From the IMG/VR virus record IMGVR_UViG_3300042197_004918, positions 64,001 to 128,000 of that record: a stretch of DNA of 64,000 nt. One strand, given 5' to 3'. The notes under the pieces were generated by a model that made no database searches, was not told the origin of the DNA, and saw only the letters and a program-made list of their open reading frames with translations. Of this stretch, positions 1-9,992 are shown piece by piece (the stretch's first letter is position 1; every line of letters begins with the position of its first letter). The DNA is from a virus. Both the position numbers and the translations under genes were made by a program.

Positions 1-3
1 CTT

Positions 4-567
4 TTGAATGGTTACAAGTTTGTTCAAACGTGGGATGGATTTGTGTATCACATGACTTGTAGAGGAAGTCGGTTCAACCCAACGCTTACGGTGGTTGGTA
101 AAGAAAGCCCCGAGTGGTTAAAACAGAATGAACGGAGTGCTAGGAACTTCATACGAAAGTGGGGTCATTTTGTTAAACATGATTCGTATATGAAACCCAT
201 CGTTCCGAAACGGTATAACGTTGGTTTTGTAATCCGAAACGCCAATGAGCAGTTTATTGCTGCGTTGGAACCGTGGTGTGACCGTCTATACTCGGATGTA
301 AATTACAACCGGTATATAGAAATAGAACAACCGAACACGCTTTATGATTTGAGAAGCAAACTGAAATCCGCTAAATCAGAGGAACCTACCGCTGACGTTT
401 TGGTTGAGTTTGACGCATCTGTGTTTAATAACAATCATTTTAACTTAATATCAAATCTGAGCGATGTCGTCACCGAGACTAACGAGGCCGGGTCGTTTGA
501 GTTCGACATATTCAAGATAAAAATAAACCAAGTCAGGTCGTTTGAGAAAGACCTCATAAAACTGTGA
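4..567 (+). CDS. C-terminal part of a probable glycosyltransferase family 2-like phage protein (starts before the window)
   Basis: ORF open from the window edge; 'FVYHMTCRGSRF...RNFIRKWG' resembles the C-terminal region of GT2 proteins. Confidence 0.45.
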   Translation: MNGYKFVQTWDGFVYHMTCRGSRFNPTLTVVGKESPEWLKQNERSARNFIRKWGHFVKHDSYMKPIVPKRYNVGFVIRNANEQFIAALEPWCDRLYSDVNYNRYIEIEQPNTLYDLRSKLKSAKSEEPTADVLVEFDASVFNNNHFNLISNLSDVVTETNEAGSFEFDIFKIKINQVRSFEKDLIKL

Positions 568-731
568 AGAACTTCAAGAAGTTGCTTGTAAAGTATCTTG
601 ATTCCAATGGAAACGAGAAGTTGGAACCATCTGAGATATTGTATCCACTTGCACTATTCTTCGTCATAGACATAATGGCCGGGACAATCTCCAATCTTTT
701 CTACGATTTTATGAAGGGTATACTAAAATGA
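564..731 (+). CDS. small membrane protein (55 aa) with an EF-hand-like loop
   Basis: read manually: MKNFKKLLVKYLDSNGNEKLEPSEILYPLALFFVIDIMAG...; GTGA/ATGA overlaps with both neighbours. Confidence 0.55.
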   Translation: MKNFKKLLVKYLDSNGNEKLEPSEILYPLALFFVIDIMAGTISNLFYDFMKGILK

Positions 732-1072
732 TTGAAATCTACCACAACATGATAGCCGTAAACCTATTCGTATTAATCGTTTGGTTTAAAACCGACGCTC
801 TGATAGAGTATGCGAAACTTATCAGAGTCGGAAAGTGGATTTATGTAGATGACTTTGAGAAGAAACGGGCGGAAGATTTTGAACTGACATACCTCACTTA
901 CCTGCGTCAGCACAGGAATTGCTTCTTTACAAGACTCATAACGTGTCCCATCTGTGTAACATCGTGGATGTTTCTTATAACCTTAATATCGGAAAATCCG
1001 ATTCCAAATTTTTCTCTAAATGCTACGATAACACTGGCTCTTTACTATTTATTCTCAAAGTTAATGAGATGA
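728..1072 (+). CDS. hypothetical membrane protein with CxxC (TCPICV)
   Basis: hydrophobic segments; coupled start/stop overlaps. Confidence 0.6.
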   Translation: MIEIYHNMIAVNLFVLIVWFKTDALIEYAKLIRVGKWIYVDDFEKKRAEDFELTYLTYLRQHRNCFFTRLITCPICVTSWMFLITLISENPIPNFSLNATITLALYYLFSKLMR

Positions 1073-1353
1073 TTAGGATAAACCATTTTACAGATTTTTA
1101 CAACCTCATAAATTCAGTGGGGTTATCCTCAACGTCGCCATACGACAATTTCACCAGAACGGTCGATAGGTTTGTCTCACTTTGCGGATGTGACCAAGCT
1201 ACCAAGAAGGCTGAAGCCGGTGACGATTCAAAGAAATTGTATATGTCTCTGGCTCGGTCGGAAATTGGTTCTCAGATTCAAATGATAAAGAAAAAGAGAA
1301 ACGTGTCCAAGATAGAGTTTTATTCTGACAACTCTTTGTTGTCTAAGTATTAA
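1069..1353 (+). CDS. hypothetical protein
   Basis: ATGA overlap with the upstream stop suggests a start at 1069 rather than 919. Confidence 0.55.
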   Translation: MIRINHFTDFYNLINSVGLSSTSPYDNFTRTVDRFVSLCGCDQATKKAEAGDDSKKLYMSLARSEIGSQIQMIKKKRNVSKIEFYSDNSLLSKY

Positions 1354-2246
1354 TCCTCTTTCGCGTCACACGCCACTTTTTTGTGTGGGCAGTATTTACA
1401 GTTCTTCTTCCCTTTTCCCGGAACCTTTGGATAGTTTCCATTTTTTCTAAACTCTCCGTTTTCGTGGAAACACTCTTCGACAAAGTTGGTGAACCCCGTT
1501 ATAGACTCCACCACTGCACCTTTATTGCTGCATGGCTGGAACAGTTGAATTCTATTCTGAGGGAACGCGACGTTCTCGAATAACTTCCGTTTAACTATAA
1601 AGAACTCGACTTCTATATCTTCAAGTGAGACATTGAATTTTTTGCTGTAGAACGCCTTGTATATTATGAGCTGACTGTATTTGCTTTCATCTTCCTTCAT
1701 ATAGGAATTCCAGCCTGCTGAAGAAGTTTTAAAGTCTATTATCTTGTATTTCCCCGAGGCCTTGTCACGCAACACCAAGTCTATGAAAGCGATGAATTGG
1801 ACATTGTGTTTGATGTCTAACTCAAGCGGCAATTCAGCACCAATGAATTCGTATTTTTTACTTGGGAAGTTCTTTAGACGGTTCACCGGTTTTGTGAAAT
1901 CTCCGATAATATCCTGAGCATCAAAGCAGAATTCGGTGTATTCATCCTCGGTGTATTTTAGTCCGCTTTTAGCTTTACCATCTTCAAGTTCACGTTCAAA
2001 TGCTTTCTTGAAAACATCAAAGAGGTTTAGAGAATCTGCCTCTACGTGAGTTTTTGTGTAGAGAGTTTCTATGTAAAGCTGAAGTGCTTCGTGCATAGCG
2101 GTTCCGAAACAGGTGTTTATGGAACCTTCAAACTTACGAAGATTCTCCAGATAATCCAATCGCCAAGCATTAGGACATTTAAACCATTTTGCGTATTGAG
2201 AATAGCTCACCCGCTTCTTTTTTATCTCGGTTTTTATATCATCCAT
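1350..2246 (-). CDS. PD-(D/E)XK nuclease, Cas4/AddB-like with a 4-Cys Fe-S motif
   Basis: SYSQ..W.KCP, GTAMHEAL, IDLV..IIDFKT, QL..Y, C-terminal CKYCPHKKVAC. Confidence 0.85.
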   Translation of the reverse strand: MDDIKTEIKKKRVSYSQYAKWFKCPNAWRLDYLENLRKFEGSINTCFGTAMHEALQLYIETLYTKTHVEADSLNLFDVFKKAFERELEDGKAKSGLKYTEDEYTEFCFDAQDIIGDFTKPVNRLKNFPSKKYEFIGAELPLELDIKHNVQFIAFIDLVLRDKASGKYKIIDFKTSSAGWNSYMKEDESKYSQLIIYKAFYSKKFNVSLEDIEVEFFIVKRKLFENVAFPQNRIQLFQPCSNKGAVVESITGFTNFVEECFHENGEFRKNGNYPKVPGKGKKNCKYCPHKKVACDAKED

Positions 2247-2292
2247 ACACTTACTATAACATGATTATCGTGATAGTCTACTACTTATAGTT

Positions 2293-3060
2293 ATGAGACA
2301 TTTTATACTGATTGCTTTGTTTTTCTCGTGTTTGACGACCATCGCTGCCGTTTATCCGACCCCTACGTATTTATTGAAATCTGCCGGAAAAATCGAAGCC
2401 GTGACATTGAGTGACAATGGGGGTATATCTACAAATAAGTTGGTGGTCGGTGAAACGTATGTCAGAGAGAATTCTCAATCAGACTATAACACGCATACGA
2501 ACGCTTCTTTATCTTTGCTGCTTGCCAACGAAACGATTGTCAGTTTGGATGAAAACACTGAGTTCAAATTACATTCATCGACGGTAGATATTGTAAACCG
2601 AGGTTCACTCCCATCCAGCTCGTCGTTCACTAATAAAAACCATGTCGCATCGCTGATGGGTGGTTCCGTTGACATAATCAACACCTCTTCAAATGGAACA
2701 TTTTTGTTGCAGACGCCCAGAGTTTCTATGACAGTGGGCAAGGGTAAATTTAGGGTGATAGTGCAGGGAAAAACAACAATCGTGGTCGCCCTTGAAGGAA
2801 CGGTGACTTTACATAAACTTGTGGAATCGAAATCAGGAGTAATATCCGATGGGAAATTTGCCCACGTAACTACATACTACAGCCTCGTTACCAAAGGCGT
2901 AGATGTTTTGAATAATGGCAAGGCCACCGCAACGGTCAAACCAATCGACGAAGAAGATTCAAAGAAGATGACAGAATCTTTCAGCGACCTTCTACGCCTA
3001 GGGTCTTCGGTGATGTTCGTTGAGATAGATAATAAAACGGTTGGTGTAAAAATTCGTTGA
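2293..3060 (+). CDS. secreted FecR-domain protein
   Basis: signal peptide; 'LANETIVSLDENT', 'LQTPRVSMTVGKGKFRV', 'VVALEGTVTL' follow the FecR pattern. Confidence 0.65.
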   Translation: MRHFILIALFFSCLTTIAAVYPTPTYLLKSAGKIEAVTLSDNGGISTNKLVVGETYVRENSQSDYNTHTNASLSLLLANETIVSLDENTEFKLHSSTVDIVNRGSLPSSSSFTNKNHVASLMGGSVDIINTSSNGTFLLQTPRVSMTVGKGKFRVIVQGKTTIVVALEGTVTLHKLVESKSGVISDGKFAHVTTYYSLVTKGVDVLNNGKATATVKPIDEEDSKKMTESFSDLLRLGSSVMFVEIDNKTVGVKIR

Positions 3061-3084
3061 CCATTTATCTATGAATGGTAATAT
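3057..3084 (+). promoter_or_regulatory. sigma70-like promoter upstream of the replication genes
   Basis: TTGACC-16nt-TAATAT with an extended TGn. Confidence 0.45.
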
Positions 3085-3087
3085 GGT

Positions 3088-3318
3088 TTGGTGACCAGTG
3101 AAACTTTAAAAACATTTACAGACGATGAATTGGCTCTACTCTTATATGTAGTCAATTCTCATACACCGAAACTTCTTAACGGTGAAGTAACTCCAAACCT
3201 GTTAAAATCCATACACCTGTGGAAACTATCAGAGATGCTCAAGAAAGCAGAACCGAATTTGTTGGATGAAGCCAAACCTATTTTTACTTGTGTTCTCGAA
3301 AAACTTGGTATAAAGTGA
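3088..3318 (+). CDS. hypothetical protein
   Basis: 76-aa ORF filling the gap before the polymerase. Confidence 0.55.
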   Translation: MVTSETLKTFTDDELALLLYVVNSHTPKLLNGEVTPNLLKSIHLWKLSEMLKKAEPNLLDEAKPIFTCVLEKLGIK

Positions 3319-3324
3319 GAGTAG

Positions 3325-5856
3325 ATGTATCAAAATATTTTCGTAGACAAGAAGACAGAAACCATTTTCATATGGGATGACCAAGCGGGCTTAGTGAAAG
3401 TCCCGATTTCTGACGCAACCTATGCTTACAGAAAGCGTGACGGTGGCCGATACAAATCCTTATATGGTGATGAACTTGAACGGATACGAGACTTTTCTCC
3501 CCGCGACCCGTTGCTGTTTGAATCTGACGTCCCGTTGACCACTAGGGTATTGATAGACGCTTATGAGGACTCTGACGAACCCTCCACTGGCCATGTCGTG
3601 CTGTTCCTCGACATAGAAATCGACATTACAAACGGTTTCTCCACTCCGCAGGACGCAGAAAACGAAATCACTGCGATTGCTTTATACGACGACATTACTA
3701 AGAAGTATACCGCGTTAATTCTCGATAAGAAAGGTGACTTGCCTGACGAATCGAATCAATCGGATGCAACTGTATTATCATTCAACTCCGAAGAATCTCT
3801 GCTTTCGTGTTTCTTGAACAAGGTTGAAGAAACTCGCCCAACCATTATTACGGGGTGGAACGTGGCCGAGTTCGATATGCCCTACCTCATTAACAGGATA
3901 ACAAAGGTGCTCGGAAGAAATCAGTCTTCCCGTATGTCACCTATCAACGTCTCATACATCAGCAAGGCTTTTGGAGACGTGGTTGTGGCTGGAGTTTCGA
4001 TTCTTGACTACATGGTTTTGTATAAGAAGTTCATTGGCCGAAACGAACCAAGTTATGCATTGGGAGCGATAGCAAAACGTGTAGTCCAGATGGATAAGTT
4101 GGCCTACGACGGAAACCTGCAGGATTTATTTAGGTCTGACATCAAGAAATACATCGAATACAACTTGAACGACGTCAAGATTGTGGTCGCTATAGACCAG
4201 AAATTAAAGTTCATTGATTTGGCGAGGAACATTTGCCACACGGGCCACGTTCCATACGAATACTTCGGTATGTCAAGCCGATATATCGAAGGAGCGATGT
4301 TGATATACCTTCGCAGGATGGGGCTTGTGGCTCCAAATAAATCGTTGGAAGGTCAAGCAGAGTTTGCTGCAAGGACTGAGGGCGACGAAGATGGGTTTGA
4401 AGGAGCATTCGTTAAAGACCCGGTTCCGGGAAGATATGATTGGGTGTATGACTTGGATTTAACCTCCATGTATCCCAACATTATGATAAGTCTAAACATC
4501 AGCCCGGAGACGGTCATTTCAAAGGTAGAAGGGTGGAACGTAGAGAAATATCTTAAAAACGAATATACGTCAGTCAAGATGTCGGGAACCGAATATCCAA
4601 TTGACGATTTCAAGAAGATGATGGAAGAGAAGAAGTTTTCTATCGCTTCAAATGGTGTAATTTACAGAAACGACAAACCGGGACTGATTCCTTCTATTTT
4701 GATAAAGTGGTTCGATGAAAGAAAAGCGTTGCGTAAGAAAGCCAAGGAATTCGCTGAGGCGGGAGACACGGAACAGTATGAATTCTATAATGGTCGTCAA
4801 GGCGTCCAAAAGATTCTACTCAACAGCGCATATGGTGTCTTGGGATTGGAAGTATTCCGATTTTACAACAAAGACAACGCCGAGGCCGTCACTCTAACGG
4901 GCCAGGATATCATCAAGACCACCAACAAAGCCATCAACCTCTATTACAAGAATGTCCTCCAGAAAGATGGAGATTATGTTGTATATGTAGACACCGATTC
5001 GGCCTTCGCAAGTGCCGTTCCTATCATCGAAAAGACGATGCCCGAAGTAGATTTGAAAGATGATAAACAGATGACGGTCGCAATATTGAAAGTTGCCGGT
5101 GACGTCCAACTGTTCGTCAATAAGTTTTACGATGTCATGGCTAAGAAGTTCTTTAACATCGAAAAACACCGATTTGATATTAAACAGGAAGTAATATCGA
5201 AGTCTAGTTTCTGGCTTGCCAAGAAACGGTATTGCCAACTTATCATAAACAAAGCCGGTTTACCTGTGGATGAACTTGAAATTAAGGGGATTGACGTCGT
5301 AAGAACCGGCTTCCCCGCGATTTTCAGAAAGTTTATGAAAGAGTTCATCGTTGATATTTTGAAGAAAGTTGACCAACGGAAGATAGACGATGATATTGTA
5401 AAGTTTCTGGAAGACATAAACACATTGTCGGTTGTGGAACTTGCTAAGAACACATCCGTAAAGTTTATCAGTTTGGATAAAACCAAGAATTACAATCCGA
5501 AGGAGAGGAAGCCCTTTCAGACCATGAAGGGCACGCCCGCACAAGTCAAGGCTGCCTTGATGTATAATGACTTACTTGAAAAGTGGGAATTGACCAAACA
5601 CGTCCAACCAATCTTTAACGGGCAGAAGATTAAGTGGGTGTATATCCGTGATAATGAGTATGGTATTGATGCTCTTGCTATGAAAGCGGATGGGAATGAC
5701 CCGAAGGAAATGATTGAGTTTATCGCTAAGTATATTGACCGAAAAGCGATGTATGACCAAGAGTTGAAAAGCAAGTTGGGTGACTTCTATTCAATTTTGA
5801 AGTGGGATTATCCAAGTCTGGAGAGTCGAAAAGCAGAGGAGTTCTTTTCTTTTTAA
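3325..5856 (+). CDS. family B DNA polymerase (T4 gp43-like)
   Basis: ExoI DIE, ExoII GWN..FD, YNLND; polymerase motifs DLTSMYP, K..LNSAYG, YVDTDS, KKRY. Confidence 0.97.
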   Translation: MYQNIFVDKKTETIFIWDDQAGLVKVPISDATYAYRKRDGGRYKSLYGDELERIRDFSPRDPLLFESDVPLTTRVLIDAYEDSDEPSTGHVVLFLDIEIDITNGFSTPQDAENEITAIALYDDITKKYTALILDKKGDLPDESNQSDATVLSFNSEESLLSCFLNKVEETRPTIITGWNVAEFDMPYLINRITKVLGRNQSSRMSPINVSYISKAFGDVVVAGVSILDYMVLYKKFIGRNEPSYALGAIAKRVVQMDKLAYDGNLQDLFRSDIKKYIEYNLNDVKIVVAIDQKLKFIDLARNICHTGHVPYEYFGMSSRYIEGAMLIYLRRMGLVAPNKSLEGQAEFAARTEGDEDGFEGAFVKDPVPGRYDWVYDLDLTSMYPNIMISLNISPETVISKVEGWNVEKYLKNEYTSVKMSGTEYPIDDFKKMMEEKKFSIASNGVIYRNDKPGLIPSILIKWFDERKALRKKAKEFAEAGDTEQYEFYNGRQGVQKILLNSAYGVLGLEVFRFYNKDNAEAVTLTGQDIIKTTNKAINLYYKNVLQKDGDYVVYVDTDSAFASAVPIIEKTMPEVDLKDDKQMTVAILKVAGDVQLFVNKFYDVMAKKFFNIEKHRFDIKQEVISKSSFWLAKKRYCQLIINKAGLPVDELEIKGIDVVRTGFPAIFRKFMKEFIVDILKKVDQRKIDDDIVKFLEDINTLSVVELAKNTSVKFISLDKTKNYNPKERKPFQTMKGTPAQVKAALMYNDLLEKWELTKHVQPIFNGQKIKWVYIRDNEYGIDALAMKADGNDPKEMIEFIAKYIDRKAMYDQELKSKLGDFYSILKWDYPSLESRKAEEFFSF

Positions 5857-5859
5857 ATT

Positions 5860-6069
5860 ATGAATTCTAAATTAACTCACGCGTGTTTGCCTCCGGATAG
5901 AGAGGAAATATTTCGATTGTTGGATATGTTTGAAGGTGGTGCATATACGGAAAATTATATGGTTGCATCGGTGATGAAACATCTTAGAGGAAGAGCTAAC
6001 CCCGTATTAGTGAGAAACGTCGTCGCGGAATACTTTAAAGGAAGTAATAGAAAGATAAGAGTAGTATGA
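5860..6069 (+). CDS. small protein with a GatB/YqeY C-terminal-like motif
   Basis: 'VASVMKHLRGRANPVLVRNVV' resembles the GatB/YqeY tail. Confidence 0.5.
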   Translation: MNSKLTHACLPPDREEIFRLLDMFEGGAYTENYMVASVMKHLRGRANPVLVRNVVAEYFKGSNRKIRVV

Positions 6070-6941
6070 AATACAAAAAATTACTTCCCTTCCACGATGA
6101 TGTCAAAGTTATGACTCAATTTGGAATGCTCCCATTGTCTGTTATGGAGTTTGCTAACGATGATAAATGGAACATTGCATACTTTGAACAGGATGAGTCT
6201 GAGAAACGTCGGTCGGATGATTGTGAATATCTTTCTGGATTGGGGATGAGCGAGTTCAGCAGTGCTATCTGTGAATTTATTGTGAGATATTGGAGTTTGG
6301 AGAATGCCAATATAGTTGACCCGTTCGCTGGAAGAGCTACGAGGGCCATCATTGCTTCAAAGTTAAATCGAAAGTATTGTGGATATGAAATCTCTCCAAA
6401 AACATACACTCGTAGTCAAGAACAATACTTAAAGGCCAAGGTTGACCCGATTTTATATCTATCCGACGGCTGTTTTATGAAAGAGACTCCGGATGACTTT
6501 GCCCACTTGGTTATGACCTGTCCGCCATACGGTTCGATTGAGAAATATGAAAGCGTTCCCGGTCAACTGAGCGACAAGAAGAATTATGACGAATTCTTGG
6601 CATCTGTAAGTGTCTGTGTATCCAATATACAACGTGTTTTGAAGCCTGGAGGGTTTTGTTGTTGGGTTGTAGGAGATTGGAGAGATGGGTCTGGGTATCA
6701 CCAGTTTGGTAGCGACAGTATTCAATTGTTTAAAAAGAACGGATTGATTCCCCATGACACCATTATTATAAAGAACAACTCCCCATTCGCGGCCCTACAA
6801 GCTGGTAAATCCGCCAGCAAGAGGATTTCTTCAAAGATTCACGAATACCTCCTTGTTTTCAGAAAAGAGGGTGAGTTGGATTTAACTGGTCTAAAGATGG
6901 AAGAGATTAACAAAACAGCAACGGAGTTTTTTGAATTATGA
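6066..6941 (+). CDS. amino-DNA methyltransferase (N4-C/N6-A)
   Basis: motif I DPFAG, GYEI, motif IV TCPPY, LKPGG, HEYLLVFRK. Confidence 0.9.
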   Translation: MKYKKLLPFHDDVKVMTQFGMLPLSVMEFANDDKWNIAYFEQDESEKRRSDDCEYLSGLGMSEFSSAICEFIVRYWSLENANIVDPFAGRATRAIIASKLNRKYCGYEISPKTYTRSQEQYLKAKVDPILYLSDGCFMKETPDDFAHLVMTCPPYGSIEKYESVPGQLSDKKNYDEFLASVSVCVSNIQRVLKPGGFCCWVVGDWRDGSGYHQFGSDSIQLFKKNGLIPHDTIIIKNNSPFAALQAGKSASKRISSKIHEYLLVFRKEGELDLTGLKMEEINKTATEFFEL

Positions 6942-7093
6942 GAATGTCAGATACACTACTGCTTGAATGGGAGAATTTGGTGATAGATTTTATAAATAGG
7001 GGAATGGGTGCGTCGGATGCTCGGACCCGTGCAACAGAAATAATGGAAGATAGGTATAACAAGTTTACAACGTCAAATGACGTGATAGAGTAA
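6938..7093 (+). CDS. small hypothetical protein (51 aa)
   Basis: read manually: MRMSDTLLLEWENLVIDF...; ATGA overlap with the MTase stop. Confidence 0.4.
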   Translation: MRMSDTLLLEWENLVIDFINRGMGASDARTRATEIMEDRYNKFTTSNDVIE

Positions 7094-7112
7094 TAACAGT
7101 CTTAAACAAAAT

Positions 7113-7853
7113 ATGAAAAAACAACTCGTAGATACATTCATCAAGAAATATTCACTCAATGGAATCATAGATTCCGTAAAGTGGACTGTAGATTCCACCA
7201 AGAAGACGTTGACAACCAACGCCATCACCGAAGAGAAGAACGTCTTGATTGCGGTTGAGATAGCCAACTTCGACGCATTGACCGAAAACTGTGAGGTCGG
7301 CGTGTATGAAACATCAAGGCTTTCAAAGATGTTGGCGGTATTATCCGACACGGTTGAGTTGACCTTGAACAAGAAAGATGACCGTATTACATCCGTAAAC
7401 TTCTCGGACGACGTAACCACCGCCCAATTTATTACCTCGGATTTGTCCGTCATTCCGTCGGCCCCAAATTTGAAGAAACTCCCTGAGTTTACCATTGAAG
7501 TCGAACTTGACGCAGATTTCGTCGGACGATTCGTAAAGGCCAAGAATGCTCTTCCAGAAGTTGATACGTTCACACTTCTTATGAACAAGAAGAAGAAGCT
7601 TGAGATGGTTTTGGGCCATTCCAACTTGAATAGCAACCGAATCACCTTGGGCATCACCGCCAAGGATGGAATGAACACCGTCGAACGCAATCTCAGTTTT
7701 AATGCCAAGTATTTCAAGGAGATTCTCACCGCCAATGGAGACTGTGCAGCAGCCGTTCTTCGTGTAAGTAACTCCGGATTATCCACCGTAGAATTCAAGA
7801 ACTCTGACTTCACCTCAACCTATTACATGGTCGAAGTCAAGATGGTTGACTAA
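7113..7853 (+). CDS. DNA sliding clamp (T4 gp45/PCNA-like)
   Basis: 246 aa, beta-rich; lies between the polymerase and the clamp loader; 'GVYETSRLSKML', 'FNAKYFKEIL'. Confidence 0.75.
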   Translation: MKKQLVDTFIKKYSLNGIIDSVKWTVDSTKKTLTTNAITEEKNVLIAVEIANFDALTENCEVGVYETSRLSKMLAVLSDTVELTLNKKDDRITSVNFSDDVTTAQFITSDLSVIPSAPNLKKLPEFTIEVELDADFVGRFVKAKNALPEVDTFTLLMNKKKKLEMVLGHSNLNSNRITLGITAKDGMNTVERNLSFNAKYFKEILTANGDCAAAVLRVSNSGLSTVEFKNSDFTSTYYMVEVKMVD

Positions 7854-7865
7854 CTCACTAAAAAT

Positions 7866-8825
7866 ATGAGCTTCAGTTTTGAAGAGGATGATGCCCCAAG
7901 GGGCAAGAACGCCCACACACTCTGGGTAGAGAAGTATCGGCCAGACACACTGGAAGGATATATTGGAAATGAACACCTTAAAGAAACGGTCAAGGCGTTC
8001 TTATCTCGTAAAGATATTCCTCACTTGATGTTCTACGGAACCGCTGGTGTCGGTAAGACGACCCTTGCCAAATTGATAACCAAGAACATTCCGTGTGACG
8101 TATTATATGTCAACGCTAGTGATGAGACGGGGGTTGACACGGTAAGAACAAAGATAAAAGGTTTCGCCTCAACAACGGGGTTCAAACCCCTCAAGGTGAT
8201 TATTTTAGATGAGTCGGATTTCTTGTCACAAGAATCCCAAGCAGCGCTCCGTAACTTAATGGAGACGTTCAGCCTCTCTACGAGATTCATTCTGACTTGT
8301 AACTATCAAGAGAAGATGATTCCCGCTCTTGTTTCACGGTGTCAGACGTATCAGATAAATCCGATAAGTAAGAAAGAAGTGGCGCTTCATTTGAAGGGGA
8401 TTATTGAAAAGGAATCCATCAAATTTAAGATAGAAGACGTCGCACATATAGTGAACACCTATTATCCTGACATACGGAAGGTGTTGAACTACACCCAACA
8501 AAGTGTATTGGCTGGCGAATTGAAATTAAATGCCCACGACGCGGTGGGAACCGACCTAAAGAACAAATTGATAGAAGTGTTGAAGACGGATACTAACATT
8601 CAGTCGGCATTCACGACAATAAGACAGTTGGTTGCTGACAACGACATCAAAATGTTCGATGATTACTATTCTCTGTTGTATGAGAAGTCCGAAGAATATG
8701 CTCGTGGAAAAGACGTGGCGGTAATTCTGACCATCGCTGAATACGTCCACCAAAACACGTTGGTAGTAGATAAAGAAATTACCTTCATGGCTTGTATCGC
8801 CGCAATTCTGAAATCCTTGAAGTGA
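7866..8825 (+). CDS. clamp loader AAA+ subunit (RFC small subunit/gp44-like)
   Basis: LWVEKYRP, GTAGVGKTT, NASDE, LDESD, SRC motif. Confidence 0.95.
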   Translation: MSFSFEEDDAPRGKNAHTLWVEKYRPDTLEGYIGNEHLKETVKAFLSRKDIPHLMFYGTAGVGKTTLAKLITKNIPCDVLYVNASDETGVDTVRTKIKGFASTTGFKPLKVIILDESDFLSQESQAALRNLMETFSLSTRFILTCNYQEKMIPALVSRCQTYQINPISKKEVALHLKGIIEKESIKFKIEDVAHIVNTYYPDIRKVLNYTQQSVLAGELKLNAHDAVGTDLKNKLIEVLKTDTNIQSAFTTIRQLVADNDIKMFDDYYSLLYEKSEEYARGKDVAVILTIAEYVHQNTLVVDKEITFMACIAAILKSLK

Positions 8826-9358
8826 CCAATATACTTAAAAACTCGAAGGTGTATCTGGCAGGGAATATGGAACACACTGCTGGTGCCGAGGGTTGGCGGG
8901 AATTTGTAAAAGAACAATTGTCTCCAATCGGCGTAAACATATTATCTCCAATAGATACAAAGTTCCGTGGATACCCAGTGGAGTCTCGTGAAGATATACT
9001 ACGGATGAAGCAAGAACGAAGTAACGGGAATTTAGAACTGGTGTCTGAATACATGAAACGTGTAATTAGGAAAGACCTGAGGCTCATAGATTTGTCAGAC
9101 TTCGTTATTGTGAACATGGAGGTCCTAAAGCCTACATTCGGAACCATGCACGAACTTGTTATAGCTGGACAACAGAAAAAGCCCATATTCCTATCCGTCT
9201 CGGAGGGTAAACGTGAATGCCCATTGTGGATATTAGGATTAGTGAACCCGAAGTTTATATACAACAGCATAGAAGATGTGGTGGAGACTGTTCTAAAAAT
9301 AGACAACGGTTCCATAGAAATGAACCCCGAACGGTGGAGACTGTTGGAAACCAGTTGA
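8822..9358 (+). CDS. nucleoside 2-deoxyribosyltransferase-like protein
   Basis: VYLAG, WRE, DLRLIDLSD, GTMHEL; GTGA overlap. Confidence 0.75.
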   Translation: MTNILKNSKVYLAGNMEHTAGAEGWREFVKEQLSPIGVNILSPIDTKFRGYPVESREDILRMKQERSNGNLELVSEYMKRVIRKDLRLIDLSDFVIVNMEVLKPTFGTMHELVIAGQQKKPIFLSVSEGKRECPLWILGLVNPKFIYNSIEDVVETVLKIDNGSIEMNPERWRLLETS

Positions 9359-9378
9359 CATCAACTACATATTAAAAG

Positions 9379-9404
9379 AAACCGGCCAAACAGGTCGGTT
9401 TTTT
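9379..9404 (+). terminator. intrinsic terminator
   Basis: AACCGGCC-AAACA-GGTCGGTT followed by a T run. Confidence 0.65.
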
Positions 9405-9430
9405 AGTTTGTATAAACGGAATCGGCTTGA

Positions 9431-9438
9431 TATTTATA
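9431..9438 (+). promoter_or_regulatory. putative phage late promoter TATTTATA
   Basis: recurrent motif a few nt upstream of start codons (see findings). Confidence 0.55.
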
Positions 9439-9443
9439 GGATA

Positions 9444-9989
9444 ATGAAAATAAACGAGAACGATCTAGGGGATAGGATGATTCTAGGCCTACCGGCAAAT
9501 ACATTCGGTATAGTAAATCCTGGCGTGGGAACCTTCGCTTCCCCAGCGGTTTCTCAGAATCCGACCAGTTTCTTTCCCGATGGTTCGGATAAAGCCGGTC
9601 AAGTAAACCACAACGATGACGTGGGACAGTTGACCAAGAAGGATATTGAAAACATAAAATCCAAAGTCACTCCTGATGAAGTGTTGTGTGGAATTGAATA
9701 CGAACTGAAGCGGATGTTACAGCCCAATAAAGACCAAGCTAAAGCGATTGTTGTCAAACACCTAAAGTCTGACCCCAAATACTACTCCAGTCTTAATATG
9801 TTGATTAAAGGTGACGAACGAGTGAATGAGTCGGTTGACAAGGAAGCTGAGAAGAAAAAGGCTTTTGAAGAAATTTTTGCCGGTATATCAAACAAGCAGA
9901 AGAAATTGTCTGAAAGACCCGTGGATCAACGAGTAGTTGATGCATATAAGGAAACCGCAAAAGAACGTAAAGAAAGGTATGGACGATAA
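9444..9989 (+). CDS. DUF5661-like protein
   Basis: 'GIEYEL...A.AIV.KHL.SDPKYYSSL', paralogous to the next gene; start placed after the motif at 9444. Confidence 0.55.
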   Translation: MKINENDLGDRMILGLPANTFGIVNPGVGTFASPAVSQNPTSFFPDGSDKAGQVNHNDDVGQLTKKDIENIKSKVTPDEVLCGIEYELKRMLQPNKDQAKAIVVKHLKSDPKYYSSLNMLIKGDERVNESVDKEAEKKKAFEEIFAGISNKQKKLSERPVDQRVVDAYKETAKERKERYGR

Positions 9990-9992
9990 CTT

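Noticed and set aside
1350-2246. CRISPR-Cas locus around the Cas4-like gene
   Set aside because: No cas1/cas2, effector gene or array; solo Cas4/AddB-like nucleases are common in phages
7073-9315. Long antisense ORFs 7073-7813 and 8785-9315, and similar shadow ORFs elsewhere
   Set aside because: They mirror well-supported genes on the opposite strand and have no motifs
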